Positions 30,016 through 40,211 of a stretch of DNA of 64,000 nt are shown here, in pieces. How positions within the stretch are numbered: position 1 is the first letter of the stretch; each line of letters opens with the position of its first letter. The translations under genes were made by a program, and so were the position numbers. The DNA lies in NCBI GenBank assembly GCA_964639285.1, contig CAZXCI010000002.1, positions 45,660-109,659 of the forward strand. Direction: 5' to 3'. Origin of the DNA: an uncultured Candidatus Saccharibacteria bacterium (GTDB lineage: Bacteria > Patescibacteriota > Minisyncoccia > Phycocordibacterales > XYD1-FULL-46-19). The notes under the pieces are model-generated. The model saw only the letters and a list, made by a program, of their open reading frames with translations, was not told the DNA's origin and ran no database searches.

Positions 30016-30041
30016 GTCGAAAATTTAAATCACTTATTTTT

Positions 30042-30662
30042 ATGGATAGCAAAATATCAACTTCATTTATCCCCAAGGAATCTATTAGTCCCGGCAATTT
30101 GCGTTCTAAGCGTGAACCGGCCAGTATCATTGTCTTAATTTCTCTTCTTGTCTTAGCTGTTTCTGTTATTTATTTTACCGGAGTTCTTGCTTATCGTTAT
30201 CTTGTTTTTAATCAGGTTAATTCTCCTTGCCAGGAGACGGGGAGCGGTAGCAAACAATGTGGCCTCAAAGAGTCGCTTGATCTCACTATTCGTGATTTGC
30301 AACTTGCTCGGCTGACAGAACTCAAACGTCTTGATACTAAACTCAAGAATGGAGCGGCTGTTCTTTCGAGTCATACCACTCTTAAGCCGTTTTTTGATTT
30401 ATTGGGAGACATTACGGTACAGAACATCCAATATAAAAAGTTTCAATTTGAAAAAGGGAATAACATTATCCTTAGTGGAGTGGCAAAGGGTTACGATGAC
30501 ATTGCCTATCAGCAGAAAATTTTTGCTGGAGAAGAAGGTTTGAAGCATATCTCAAGCTTTACCTTTTCTGATTTTGACCTTGACCCTAAGGGGAATGTAA
30601 CATTTTCGCTTTCTATGGTGGTCGATTCCAAATTATTATCTTATCGAGAGAATAGTCAATAA
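30042..30662 (+). CDS. PilN-like bitopic pilus assembly protein
   Basis: 206 aa with a single N-terminal TM helix and a periplasmic domain. It sits downstream of pilM. Confidence 0.45.
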   Translation: MDSKISTSFIPKESISPGNLRSKREPASIIVLISLLVLAVSVIYFTGVLAYRYLVFNQVNSPCQETGSGSKQCGLKESLDLTIRDLQLARLTELKRLDTKLKNGAAVLSSHTTLKPFFDLLGDITVQNIQYKKFQFEKGNNIILSGVAKGYDDIAYQQKIFAGEEGLKHISSFTFSDFDLDPKGNVTFSLSMVVDSKLLSYRENSQ

Positions 30663-30664
30663 AT

Positions 30665-31258
30665 ATGCCAAAATTAATTTTTTCCATTTTTTGCCTTATT
30701 GTCTCGGCTGTCCTTGTTTTTTCTGCGAGCGCGGCCGTTATGAATGGAGGAGCCGATTCTGTCTGGTCTTTTATTCTCGGTCCAGATAAAGTTGGTCTTA
30801 CTCAGCTGTTAGCCGAGAGGTCTAATCTCAACCAGGCGTTAGCTAATGCCGATCGAATTAAGAATAAGATAATCGACCTACAGAAAGCCGAGAGTAGCAT
30901 TAGCACCGAAGATCTTGATAAGTTAAACAAATTTATTCCCAGCCACGTTGATAACGTTAACCTTCTCATTGATATCAATAATATTGCCGTTAAGCAGGGG
31001 ATGACGATTAAGAATGTTCGAGTTCGTTCTAGCTCAGACGCTTCAACAGGGGCATCGCTAAAGGATAGTTCTCAAACCGGGATCCTTCCAACTTACATGT
31101 CTTTCTCCGTCACTGGTAATTATCAAGCTCTGACTGGTTTCCTTGGCGATCTCGCTAGCAGTTTGCGCGTTGTTGATCCGGTTTCCCTTTCTTTCTCGGT
31201 CGACGAGAAAGGGACCAACCAATATAATTTTGAGATTAAAACCTATTGGGTAAAGTAG
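30665..31258 (+). CDS. PilO-like pilus assembly protein
   Basis: 197 aa with a TM anchor, a coiled-coil segment and a C-terminal alpha/beta domain, in operon context. Confidence 0.4.
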   Translation: MPKLIFSIFCLIVSAVLVFSASAAVMNGGADSVWSFILGPDKVGLTQLLAERSNLNQALANADRIKNKIIDLQKAESSISTEDLDKLNKFIPSHVDNVNLLIDINNIAVKQGMTIKNVRVRSSSDASTGASLKDSSQTGILPTYMSFSVTGNYQALTGFLGDLASSLRVVDPVSLSFSVDEKGTNQYNFEIKTYWVK

Positions 31259-31284
31259 TCTGCTAAATTTACCATAAAATAATC

Positions 31285-31713
31285 ATGGGAAAATCAAAAA
31301 TAATCACTTACGTTGCGGTCGCTGTCCTCGTCTTGGTTGGCATCTATTGGGCCTATCGAATGATAAATAAACCGTCTGAAGCTCCGATGGCGGGAGTTGT
31401 CGCTGTCTCTAATACCGGAGGGATTATTTCTCCGCAGGCTGATCAGGCGAGTCAGTTCGTCTCTATCCTCAACGATATCGACAATATTGACCTTAAAAAC
31501 CGTCTCATCCTCACAAACAAAATTTTTACTTCACTTAAAGATTTCGGTCGAGATATAGAAGAACGAGCGATGGGGAGAGAGAATCCTTTTGCCCCGCTTG
31601 GAGCAGGATCAGGCACGGTTGTTAACAAAGCGACTTCTACGACCTTAGATCTTGAAGATACTCCAACGGTAGAAGTTGCCCCCGACCAAGGCGCTGATGA
31701 GAACATCTTGTAA
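31285..31713 (+). CDS. Hypothetical membrane-anchored protein (pilus operon, PilP-like position)
   Basis: 142 aa with a TM anchor. Operon context only. Confidence 0.3.
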   Translation: MGKSKIITYVAVAVLVLVGIYWAYRMINKPSEAPMAGVVAVSNTGGIISPQADQASQFVSILNDIDNIDLKNRLILTNKIFTSLKDFGRDIEERAMGRENPFAPLGAGSGTVVNKATSTTLDLEDTPTVEVAPDQGADENIL

Positions 31714-31738
31714 CGGCCCTTGGTGAGAAACCAAAGAT

Positions 31739-33313
31739 ATGGATAACGATTATAGCATTCCCATCAAAAAACTCGGGGATATTAAAGTTCCTTTTGAGGT
31801 TCTTAAATATATCCCGGTTGAGGTTTCTAAAACCTACGAGTTCATTCCGTTTGCTCTTACTGACGGGGTTTTAGAAGTGGGGATGGTTGATCCCGACAAG
31901 ACGGAAGCTCGTGATGCCTTACAATTTATCGCTAGTCGCACTGGGGTCCCTTTCAAAATTTATCTAATCTCTAGGAAGGACTTTGATTTTGCTTCTCGAA
32001 GTTATGAAGGTTTCTCCGGTGAGACCGGGGTCGTCATTGGTGACATTCAAAGTGAAATTCGGGCGGCGGAGGAATCTGTTGCTGAGTTCAAGGCGATAAA
32101 ACAAGAGGGGAAACCTCCTTCGGCCAATATCGTCGAGGAAGCTCCTATTACCAAAATTGTCTCGGTTATTATCCAGAATGCTCTCTCGGGTGGAGCCTCT
32201 GACATTCACATTGAGCCAACGGGGACAAATATCAAAGTTCGCTTTCGTGTTGACGGCACACTCTTTACTAGTCTGACTCCACCTATTTCCGTTCATGAGG
32301 CAATGGTGGCGCGCATTAAGATTCTTTGTAATCTTAAGCTCGACGAGAAACGTAAGCCCCAAGACGGTCGTTTCTCATACATGTTTGAGGGGCGTAAAGC
32401 TGATTTTCGTGTTTCAACCTTTCCTACCTATTGGGGCGAGAAGATTGTGATGCGTATTCTTGACCCGACCAAGCGTAGTGTCAACCTTACTTCTATTGGC
32501 CTCTCGCCAGAACAGCAGGCTGAAGTCAAGGAGGCTCTTGCTAAGCCTTATGGCCTCATTCTTCTCACTGGGCCAACGGGTTCGGGTAAGACCACTACTC
32601 TTTATGCCATGCTCAATTATCTTGACCGAGAAAAGCATAATGTTGTTAGTTTGGAGGATCCAATTGAATATGATATTCCCGGAGTTTCTCAATCGCAAGT
32701 TCGTCCAGAAATTGATTACACCTTTGCCAATGGCTTGCGTAGTATTCTGCGTCAAGATCCCGATATCGTCATGGTGGGAGAAATGCGTGATCGGGAAACA
32801 GCAAAGTTGGCTATCCAGGCGGCCTTGACTGGGCATCTGGTTCTCTCGACTCTTCACACCAACAATTCGATTGGGGTTATCCCACGGCTTATTGACATGG
32901 GAATTGAGCCTTATCTTATCCCCCCGACCTTAGTTCTGGCCATCGGCCAACGTCTTGTTCCGGTTCTTTGTGAAGATTCGAAAAAGCCGATTGTGGTGGA
33001 GGATAGTATTAAACTTGTGATCGAGAAACAATTTTCTGATTTGCCCGAAGAATATCGAGGGACCATCCCCAGCCTGGACACTCTTTATCGAGCCGAGAGA
33101 ACCCCGTCTTGTCCTTCTGGGACGAAGGGGCGAATTGCTGTCTTTGAGTTTCTTTCGATGGACAAAGAACTTGAACGTTTAATTTTGAAGAATCCAGGAG
33201 AAAATGAAATTTATAAATATGCTCGCAGCCGTGGATTTATTTCCCTCAAAGAAGATGCCATGATAAAATCATTTAAGGGAGTTATTCCTTTTGAAGAAGT
33301 AAACAAATTATAA
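31739..33313 (+). CDS. pilB: Type IV pilus assembly ATPase PilB (GspE family)
   Basis: Walker A motif GPTGSGKTTTLYA, Asp and His boxes, a tetracysteine-like C-terminal motif, and an N-terminal GspII_E-like region. Confidence 0.9.
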   Translation: MDNDYSIPIKKLGDIKVPFEVLKYIPVEVSKTYEFIPFALTDGVLEVGMVDPDKTEARDALQFIASRTGVPFKIYLISRKDFDFASRSYEGFSGETGVVIGDIQSEIRAAEESVAEFKAIKQEGKPPSANIVEEAPITKIVSVIIQNALSGGASDIHIEPTGTNIKVRFRVDGTLFTSLTPPISVHEAMVARIKILCNLKLDEKRKPQDGRFSYMFEGRKADFRVSTFPTYWGEKIVMRILDPTKRSVNLTSIGLSPEQQAEVKEALAKPYGLILLTGPTGSGKTTTLYAMLNYLDREKHNVVSLEDPIEYDIPGVSQSQVRPEIDYTFANGLRSILRQDPDIVMVGEMRDRETAKLAIQAALTGHLVLSTLHTNNSIGVIPRLIDMGIEPYLIPPTLVLAIGQRLVPVLCEDSKKPIVVEDSIKLVIEKQFSDLPEEYRGTIPSLDTLYRAERTPSCPSGTKGRIAVFEFLSMDKELERLILKNPGENEIYKYARSRGFISLKEDAMIKSFKGVIPFEEVNKL

Positions 33314-33325
33314 TATAATAGATAT

Positions 33326-33718
33326 ATGGATACGGATAAAAAATACTCAATTCTCATTGTCGATGATGATAAGTTTCTCCTCGATATGTACACGATCAAA
33401 TTTGTTGAGAACGGCTTCTCCGTTGAGAGCGCAAGTAGTGGCCCAGAGGCATTGCAGAAAGTTGACGCTGGTTTCACTCCAGATATTTTTCTTGTTGATA
33501 TCGTCATGCCAACTATGGATGGCTTCGAGTTGGTTCAACATATTATCCAGCGACAGAAGGAGAAGCGTAGTGCCATTATCATTTTATCTAACCTTGGCCA
33601 GCGAGAGGATGTAGAGAAGGGATTATCTCTTGGCGCCGATGGTTATATCGTGAAGGCTAGCGCCACTCCAACTGAGGTTGTCGAAAAGGTCGTCGAAATA
33701 GTTTCTCATAAAAAATAA
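33326..33718 (+). CDS. Single-domain response regulator (CheY-like receiver)
   Basis: ILIVDDDKFLL ... DIVMPTMDGFEL ... K. The phosphoacceptor Asp and the Thr/Lys are conserved. Confidence 0.75.
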   Translation: MDTDKKYSILIVDDDKFLLDMYTIKFVENGFSVESASSGPEALQKVDAGFTPDIFLVDIVMPTMDGFELVQHIIQRQKEKRSAIIILSNLGQREDVEKGLSLGADGYIVKASATPTEVVEKVVEIVSHKK

Positions 33719-33720
33719 AG

Positions 33721-34785
33721 ATGAAGGATTTTCGTCAAGAAATAGAAGAGTTAATTCTTATTGTCGCTAAGGAGGGGGCTTCAGATCTACACTTAACTGT
33801 TGGCCGTCATCCGACAATTCGTGTTTCGAGAGACCTTATCCCGATTGTTAAGATGCCGATTCTTACTCCAGAAGATACTTTGGGTATTGCGATGGAGATT
33901 CTGAATGATGAGAACAAGAAAATTTTCTTAGAACAACGCGAAGTTGACTTTTCTTATAACCCGACCGCCGAGATACGCTTCCGGGGCAATGCTTTCTTCC
34001 AACGAGGCTTGGTGGGAGTTGCTCTTCGTCTCATCCCGATGAAAATTCGTACCCCGAAGGAGCTTAGTTTGCCCGATCGTCTCTTGGATTTTGTAAATAA
34101 AAAACAGGGTTTCTTTTTGGTTGTTGGTCCGGTTGGTGTCGGTAAGTCCACAACTTTGGCTTCACTTATTGATCACATTAACCGAAGTCGAGCCGAGCAC
34201 ATTATTACGATCGAAGATCCTGTCGAGTATCTCTTCCAGGGCGAACGCTCTATCATTGATCAACGTGAGGTCCGTTTTGATACTAAGAATTTTTATACCG
34301 CTTTGCGTTCAATGTTCCGTCAAGATGTCAATGTCGCTATGATCGGGGAGATGCGTAATCCTGAGACCATCAGTATGGCGGTAACGGCAGCTGAGACGGG
34401 TCACTTAGTGCTATCAACCCTTCACACCAATAGTGCTTCTCAGACCATTGATCGTATCATCGATTCCTTCCCTGGTAACCAGCAACACCAAATTCGTATT
34501 CAGTTAGCTGGTTCATTGATCGGTATTTTCTCCCAACGTTTGCTCCCTCGAATTTCTGGAGGATTAATTCCTGCTTACGAATTGCTTGTTAATAATGATG
34601 CTGTCTCTAACCTTATTCGTGAGGGTCGTTCGGCGGAGATTGACGTGCTTATTGAGACGGGGACACAAGAGGGGATGGTTGATCTTAATCGTTCTCTAGC
34701 CGAACTTGTGCGTGATGGAGAAATTACCGCTGATAGCGCCTTCCGTTTCTCCCTCAATCCAGATGGTCTCACCAAATTAATTTAA
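33721..34785 (+). CDS. pilT: Twitching motility ATPase PilT
   Basis: Walker A motif GPVGVGKSTTLASLI, a PilT-type His box and an AIRNLIRE-like motif (AVSNLIREGR). Confidence 0.9.
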   Translation: MKDFRQEIEELILIVAKEGASDLHLTVGRHPTIRVSRDLIPIVKMPILTPEDTLGIAMEILNDENKKIFLEQREVDFSYNPTAEIRFRGNAFFQRGLVGVALRLIPMKIRTPKELSLPDRLLDFVNKKQGFFLVVGPVGVGKSTTLASLIDHINRSRAEHIITIEDPVEYLFQGERSIIDQREVRFDTKNFYTALRSMFRQDVNVAMIGEMRNPETISMAVTAAETGHLVLSTLHTNSASQTIDRIIDSFPGNQQHQIRIQLAGSLIGIFSQRLLPRISGGLIPAYELLVNNDAVSNLIREGRSAEIDVLIETGTQEGMVDLNRSLAELVRDGEITADSAFRFSLNPDGLTKLI

Positions 34786-34787
34786 AT

Positions 34788-36002
34788 ATGCTATTTATTT
34801 ATAAAACAGTTGACAGTAATGGCGCCCCTCAGTCGGGGAGCATTGAGGCCCCCAACGTTGACTTGGCCATTGGCTCGCTTCAGCGACGGGGTCTCATCAT
34901 TGTTTCGATTAAGCCTGAAGAAGTAACAAAAGGCTTCCTCCCTTTTTTGGGAACTCTACCTTTTCTTAAACCGGTGAAGGCCAAGGAGATTGTTATGTTG
35001 TCGCGGCAAATTGCGACTCTCTTTGAGGCCAAGGTTTCTGTTCTCTCCACCTTCCGTCTTTTGGCGGGAGAAGTTGAGAATCCTTTTCTTCGCAACGCTC
35101 TTGTTGAGGTGACCGATGATATCAAGGGGGGGATTCCGATTTCGGCCGCGATGGCTAAGCACCCGAAGATTTTCTCAGACTTCTATGTCAACATGGTCCG
35201 AGCTGGTGAGGAATCTGGTAAATTATCTGAAGCTTTTACCTATTTGGCTGATTACATGGATCGTACCTATGCCCTCTCTTCTCGAGCCCAGAATGCCCTC
35301 ATTTATCCAGCTTTTGTGGTCGGTTCCTTCGTTGTTGTGATGGTTCTAATGATTGTCTTCGTCATCCCTCGTCTCTCAGAGATTCTTATTGAGACAGGTC
35401 AAGAATTGCCTATTTATACTAAAATTGTTATTGGTTTTAGCAATTTTGTTGCGACTTTTGCTATCCCTCTAGTTGTTTTGTTTGGACTAATTTTTGTCTA
35501 TGTTTCTCGTTATATCGCAACACCAAACGGGAGGATGTCCTGGTCCCGCTTCAAGATTTCTGTCCCTTATATTGGGACTCTTTATCGCAAACTATATCTT
35601 GCTCGTATCTCTGACAACATGAATACCATGCTCTCTTCGGGTATCTCGATGGTTCGCGCTTTAGAGATTACTGGCGAAGTGGTGGGTAACGAAGTTTATA
35701 AACAGATTTTGACCGAAGCAGGGGAGGCGATTAAGGCCGGTAGTGCTATTTCCGATATTTTTTCCCGCTATGAAGAAATTCCTGGTGTCATGGTCCAGAT
35801 GATCAAAGTTGGTGAGGAATCAGGCCGTCTCGGTTTCGTCCTCGACAAATTATCTAAGTTCTACGAAAGAGAGGTGAATAATGAGGTCGATACCTTAGTA
35901 GGATTAATTGAACCAGCGATGATTGTCGTCTTGGGTGTGGGGGTTGGGATTCTCTTAACCTCGGTCCTTGTTCCTATTTATAATATGGCCCAGGGGTTAT
36001 AA
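34788..36002 (+). CDS. pilC: Type IV pilus platform protein PilC (GspF family)
   Basis: 404 aa with two GspF repeats and 3-4 TM helices. Confidence 0.85.
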   Translation: MLFIYKTVDSNGAPQSGSIEAPNVDLAIGSLQRRGLIIVSIKPEEVTKGFLPFLGTLPFLKPVKAKEIVMLSRQIATLFEAKVSVLSTFRLLAGEVENPFLRNALVEVTDDIKGGIPISAAMAKHPKIFSDFYVNMVRAGEESGKLSEAFTYLADYMDRTYALSSRAQNALIYPAFVVGSFVVVMVLMIVFVIPRLSEILIETGQELPIYTKIVIGFSNFVATFAIPLVVLFGLIFVYVSRYIATPNGRMSWSRFKISVPYIGTLYRKLYLARISDNMNTMLSSGISMVRALEITGEVVGNEVYKQILTEAGEAIKAGSAISDIFSRYEEIPGVMVQMIKVGEESGRLGFVLDKLSKFYEREVNNEVDTLVGLIEPAMIVVLGVGVGILLTSVLVPIYNMAQGL

Positions 36003-36047
36003 AATGTAGTTATTATAAAAATTATTATTAATAAAATTAATTTATTT

Positions 36048-36515
36048 ATGAAAAAAAGTTTACTTAAAAAAGGTTTTACCCTTATTGAGCTCTTAGTCGT
36101 CATTGCGATTATCGGTATTTTGTCAGGGATTGTTTTGACGTCACTTGGTACAGCACGAAATAAAGCGAAATCATCCTCTGCTGTCGCTAGTTTGTCTTCT
36201 ATGCGTGCACAGGCCGAACTTGGGATGACTTCTGGCGGGACATACTCTCCCACTTTGTGTACTGGGACTAGCAATGGTGAATTAGGTGCTTTGAGGTCAG
36301 CTGTCACTGGTCAAGGAGCTGCTGTCAAATGTGCCACAAAGGGGGCCTCTCCGACAGGGTGGATTGTTGTTGCTGATCTTACGAGTCTTGAGTCTGGTAA
36401 ATATTATTGTGTCGACTCTCTGGGGGCCGCGACAAGTACTGTTGCTAGTGTATATAGCGGGGTAACAGACGCGGCGACAACTCAAGCTAACGGTTGTAAC
36501 GGCACTAGTTTGTAA
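36048..36515 (+). CDS. pilA: Type IV pilin (major pilin candidate)
   Basis: A class III signal MKKSLLKKG|FTLIELLVVIAIIGIL with E5, followed by a Thr/Ser/Gly/Ala-rich body. Confidence 0.85.
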   Translation: MKKSLLKKGFTLIELLVVIAIIGILSGIVLTSLGTARNKAKSSSAVASLSSMRAQAELGMTSGGTYSPTLCTGTSNGELGALRSAVTGQGAAVKCATKGASPTGWIVVADLTSLESGKYYCVDSLGAATSTVASVYSGVTDAATTQANGCNGTSL

Positions 36516-36521
36516 ACAAAT

Positions 36522-36559
36522 CAAGGGGAGGTTTCGTCAAGGGGAGGTTTCGCCTCCCC
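36522..36559. repeat. Tandem REP-like units ending in hairpin GGGGAGGTTTCGCCTCCCC (left end of RAYT copy 1)
   Basis: CAAGGGGAGGTTTCG occurs twice in tandem. The second copy forms a 7-bp stem hairpin and also serves as the pilA terminator. Confidence 0.6.
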
Positions 36560-36596
36560 TTTGGCGTTGTTTGTGTCATAATGTTATAATTCTTGC

Positions 36597-37250
36597 ATGG
36601 CCTCAACAAAAAGTTTTGCTCTCGATGAATATTATCATCTCTTTAATCATGGTAATGGCGATCGTCTGATTTTTCTTGATGACAAAGACAAAGAACGTTT
36701 TTCTAAATTACTCTATTTGGCCAATGGTTCTACCCCATTTGATTTTGAAGACATTTCTTCTGGCCAAGAATTTTTCTTTGATCGCGGGGACCCTTTGGTG
36801 GCCATTGGTGCCTGGTGTTTGATGGATAATCATTACCATCTTTTAGTTAAGGAAATTACTGACGGTGGAATTAGTCGGTTTATGCATCGCTTAGCGACAG
36901 GCTATACAATGTATTTTAATCGTTGTCACAAAAAGCGGGGGAGTTTGTTTGAGAGTTGTTTTCGAGCAAAGTATTTGGGTCTAGATGAATACCTAAGACA
37001 TATGTTTGCCTACATCCACCTTAATCCTGTCAAAATGATTGAACCAAGATGGAAAGACGTTGGTCTAAAGGATCTCCACACGGTCAAGTCCTTCTTGCGA
37101 GATTACAAATTTTCGAGTTATTTAGATTATCTGGGTCAATCTCGCCCACAAAATAAGATACTAGACAAAGAGGCTTTTCCGAAATATTTTTTAAGTCCGC
37201 AAGAGATAGAAGATGAGATGATAGATTGGCTTGATTGGGATTATTCGTAA
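36597..37250 (+). mobile_element. IS200/IS605-type Y1 (HUH) transposase, RAYT-like, copy 1
   Basis: HUH motif HYHLLV, catalytic Tyr in YIHLNPVK, 217 aa. It is flanked by inverted copies of the GGGGAGG...CCTCCC hairpin, with a TATAAT at 36585. Confidence 0.75.
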
Positions 37251-37282
37251 AGATTTAAAATTATAACACAAGTAGGCTCGAA

Positions 37283-37300
37283 GGGGAGGCGAAACCTCCC
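37283..37300. repeat. Inverted REP-like hairpin GGGGAGGCGAAACCTCCC (right end of RAYT copy 1)
   Basis: It is the reverse complement of the left hairpin, loop included. Confidence 0.6.
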
Positions 37301-37361
37301 AACGGGTTGACGGTGGATAAAAATTTGTTACTTTGTTGAGTTATGGATTATAATAAATCTA

Positions 37362-37868
37362 ATGATAGAGATAGAAAGATCTTTATTTAAGAAAGGTTCA
37401 TCCGACCTAAAGACGGGCTTCACATTAATTGAACTTTTAGTCGTCATTGCGATTATTGGTATTCTATCGGGGATTGTGTTGACGAGTTTGAATAGTGCAC
37501 GAATAAAGGCGAGAGAATCAGCGGCAATAGCTGGGATGTCTAGTTTAAGATCGCAAATGGAAATTGTTTCCACTGATGGCAGTTATGGAACAGCTGGTTC
37601 TGTCCTCGTCCCTTCGACTGGGGAAGTAGTTGGTAATGCGGGTGTTTGTTCTGACCCTCAAAGTATAAATATCCTTAAAAATGTCGCTTCTAATGCTGGT
37701 AATGCAGCAAGATGTTATGTCGGAGTAGATGGCCAAACCTGGATGACTTATGTTCTTCTTCCTACCCAAATTTTTCCAAATAATTATTGTGTTGATAGTT
37801 CTGGCCATAGCGCAAAGCTAACCAATTTTCCTGTCTCTAACATCAGTTTTGCTGTTAAATGCAAATAA
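37362..37868 (+). CDS. Type IV pilin paralogue
   Basis: ...DLKTG|FTLIELLVVIAIIGIL prepilin N-terminus with an unusually long leader if it starts at 37362. Confidence 0.75.
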   Translation: MIEIERSLFKKGSSDLKTGFTLIELLVVIAIIGILSGIVLTSLNSARIKARESAAIAGMSSLRSQMEIVSTDGSYGTAGSVLVPSTGEVVGNAGVCSDPQSINILKNVASNAGNAARCYVGVDGQTWMTYVLLPTQIFPNNYCVDSSGHSAKLTNFPVSNISFAVKCK

Positions 37869-37953
37869 TATATTAGAAAAAACGATGCCAGACCCAGTTT
37901 TTCTGATAGTGGATAAACTCTTGTACAGATCGGAAATTTTTGTGGTATGATAA

Positions 37954-39414
37954 ATGGTAATAATTAGGCCAAAAAAAATGAAGAATAAAAAATCTCTCAT
38001 TCTTTCGATTTGTGTCAGTCTTCTGATAGTCTTAGCGTTGTTTGTTCTACCTAGCGTCGATCAATCGGTGAGGGCTCAAGAAGCAGGCAATTCTCTCCAT
38101 GGTTATGTCTGGAGTATGGATGTCGGGTGGATTAGCCTAAATGCTAATGATGCTGGGACTGGCACGACAGCCGATTATAAGGTTGAGATGATTGACGGCG
38201 TTTTGACTGGTTATGCTTGGAGTCCAAGCCTGGGCTGGCTCCGCTTTGGTAGTGATTTGAGTGGTCCCGTTGGGGCTGAGGATGATTATAGTGCTAGAAT
38301 TGTTGAAGAAGGTGGAAAGAAATGGGTTAAAGGCTGGGCGCGCTTCTGTTCTGTCTATGAATCAAATTGTTCCGGGACCGTGAAGAATATTAGTGGCCTA
38401 GAACTTGGCGGTTGGGATGGTTGGCTCAAGATGGTGAATGTAGAATATAAGCCTGATACCGACCGATTAGAAGGTTATTCTTGGGGCGATCTTAATGTTG
38501 GTTGGGTTGATTTTTCGGCCAGGACCGGATGTACCCCTGTCGATAATGTAGATACTAATTGTAATGGCCTCGTTGATTGCGCTACTAATTGTGGCGGGGT
38601 CTGTGTTTCTAATTGTGGTGGTCCCACCCCGACAGTTGAGTGTAAAGTTACCCCAAGTTCAGGCGGGGTGGGGACTGAGTTTACTTGGTATATCAATAAT
38701 CTTAGAAATTTTACTGGTGATCCAAAAGATTTCACTTATACCTGGACAGGAACAACCCCCCTTTCTGGTTCGGGAGAATGGAATAGTGTTTTAAGCCGAA
38801 ATGAAAATAAAGTAACATATTCTATGTCTGGAACTAAGACTGGTGGGGTAACGGTAACAAATGGTTCGCAAACGGCGACTGATTCCAGTTGTAATAACGG
38901 GATCGGGGATGGGGTTATCGTTACCCTTCCTTGTGTTAATCCTGGCGGAGCTATTATGGAAATCGGCCAGTATTGTTGTGATAGTCCAGAAATAGCGCGG
39001 ACTGTTGGTGATATTTGTCCTTATTCTCCGGAGGATTGCCAATTAGAGACATCTACTGGCAGTAATTATATTCGATTTACAGAAGGGAATGGTGCCACTT
39101 TAAGTCAAATTTCCGCAAAGATAACGATGACGGGCTGTGGTGGTTCAGATCTGTCTCTTTCTACTCCTGATTTGCCAGGAGGCCTCTCTTTGGTTTGTAG
39201 CAGGACGAAAGAAGGTTCTTATAACGCAGGAAATTGTTCTGGCTTGACAGGGACAATGGATATCTGGGCTGGAGTTAATTATATCTACCGGCCGACAGGT
39301 TACACTTTCTTCAATAATCCCAATAGGAAGGATCTCGTAATGGGGCTTGTTGGGGTGACACCCTCTCCAGAAGTCGTCGTGCCTTTACTATATGATGTTC
39401 CTGCTGGCACTTAA
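37954..39414 (+). CDS. Secreted Cys-rich repeat protein (possible pilus-associated adhesin)
   Basis: A signal/TM after MKNKKSL, a thrice-repeated GY(V/A/S)WS..(V/L)GW(I/L/V)(S/R/D)F motif, and many Cys in the C-terminal half. Confidence 0.45.
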   Translation: MVIIRPKKMKNKKSLILSICVSLLIVLALFVLPSVDQSVRAQEAGNSLHGYVWSMDVGWISLNANDAGTGTTADYKVEMIDGVLTGYAWSPSLGWLRFGSDLSGPVGAEDDYSARIVEEGGKKWVKGWARFCSVYESNCSGTVKNISGLELGGWDGWLKMVNVEYKPDTDRLEGYSWGDLNVGWVDFSARTGCTPVDNVDTNCNGLVDCATNCGGVCVSNCGGPTPTVECKVTPSSGGVGTEFTWYINNLRNFTGDPKDFTYTWTGTTPLSGSGEWNSVLSRNENKVTYSMSGTKTGGVTVTNGSQTATDSSCNNGIGDGVIVTLPCVNPGGAIMEIGQYCCDSPEIARTVGDICPYSPEDCQLETSTGSNYIRFTEGNGATLSQISAKITMTGCGGSDLSLSTPDLPGGLSLVCSRTKEGSYNAGNCSGLTGTMDIWAGVNYIYRPTGYTFFNNPNRKDLVMGLVGVTPSPEVVVPLLYDVPAGT

Positions 39415-39422
39415 AAATAAAA

Positions 39423-40211
39423 ATGTTTCTTATCTGGGTATTTCTCTTGGGCTTAATAATCGGCAGCTTTCTTAATGTCGTAATTCTTCGTCATCAGACC
39501 GGTCGGGCTTTGTCTGGCCGGTCTGGTTGTTCTTCCTGTGGCAAGAAGTTAAGTTGGCATGAACTTCTCCCCGTTTTTAGTTTTCTTGCCCAGGGCGGGC
39601 GTTGCCGGAGTTGCCAGAGTAAGATCTCTTGGCAATACCCACTGGTTGAACTTCTGACGGGCTTTCTCTTTGCCATTATCTTTTGGCATCTGGCCGGCTC
39701 ACCTGCTCAGGCTGGCGATTGGTTAGCAATTACTTTCTATTGGGTCATGGCCTCTCTCTTGGTTGTTATAACTGTTTATGATCTCAAGCATCAGATTATT
39801 CCCGACCGATTTGTTTTTGCTCTTATTGTTCTTGCTTTTCTCAAGCCGGTTGTTTTGTTGGAAAATCCAATCCTCCTTAATCTGGGTTGGGGAGTGGTTG
39901 GGGGATTTGCTGTTTCTCTGCCGTTATTCGTTTTGTGGCTTGTTTCGCGCGGGCGTTGGCTTGGTTTTGGCGATGTGAAGTTGGCCTTAGGCGTTGGTTT
40001 ACTCTTGGGTTGGCAACTTGGTTTGTCGGCCCTCATGCTCTCCTTCTGGCTCGGAGCGATTGTTGGCCTCTTTTTGATATTATGGGGGAAAACTCAATTG
40101 TGGCGAAAGGGAAAAAGTTATACAATGAAGAGTGAAGTACCTTTTGCCCCGTTCCTAATCTTGGGGTTTTGGTTGGTATTTTTTCTCTCAATCAATGTTC
40201 TTGTCTTTTAA
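39423..40211 (+). CDS. pilD: Prepilin peptidase PilD (A24 family)
   Basis: A tetracysteine motif CSSCGKKLSWHELLPVFSFLAQGGRCRSCQ, then a multi-TM peptidase domain with the conserved Asp residues. Confidence 0.9.
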   Translation: MFLIWVFLLGLIIGSFLNVVILRHQTGRALSGRSGCSSCGKKLSWHELLPVFSFLAQGGRCRSCQSKISWQYPLVELLTGFLFAIIFWHLAGSPAQAGDWLAITFYWVMASLLVVITVYDLKHQIIPDRFVFALIVLAFLKPVVLLENPILLNLGWGVVGGFAVSLPLFVLWLVSRGRWLGFGDVKLALGVGLLLGWQLGLSALMLSFWLGAIVGLFLILWGKTQLWRKGKSYTMKSEVPFAPFLILGFWLVFFLSINVLVF

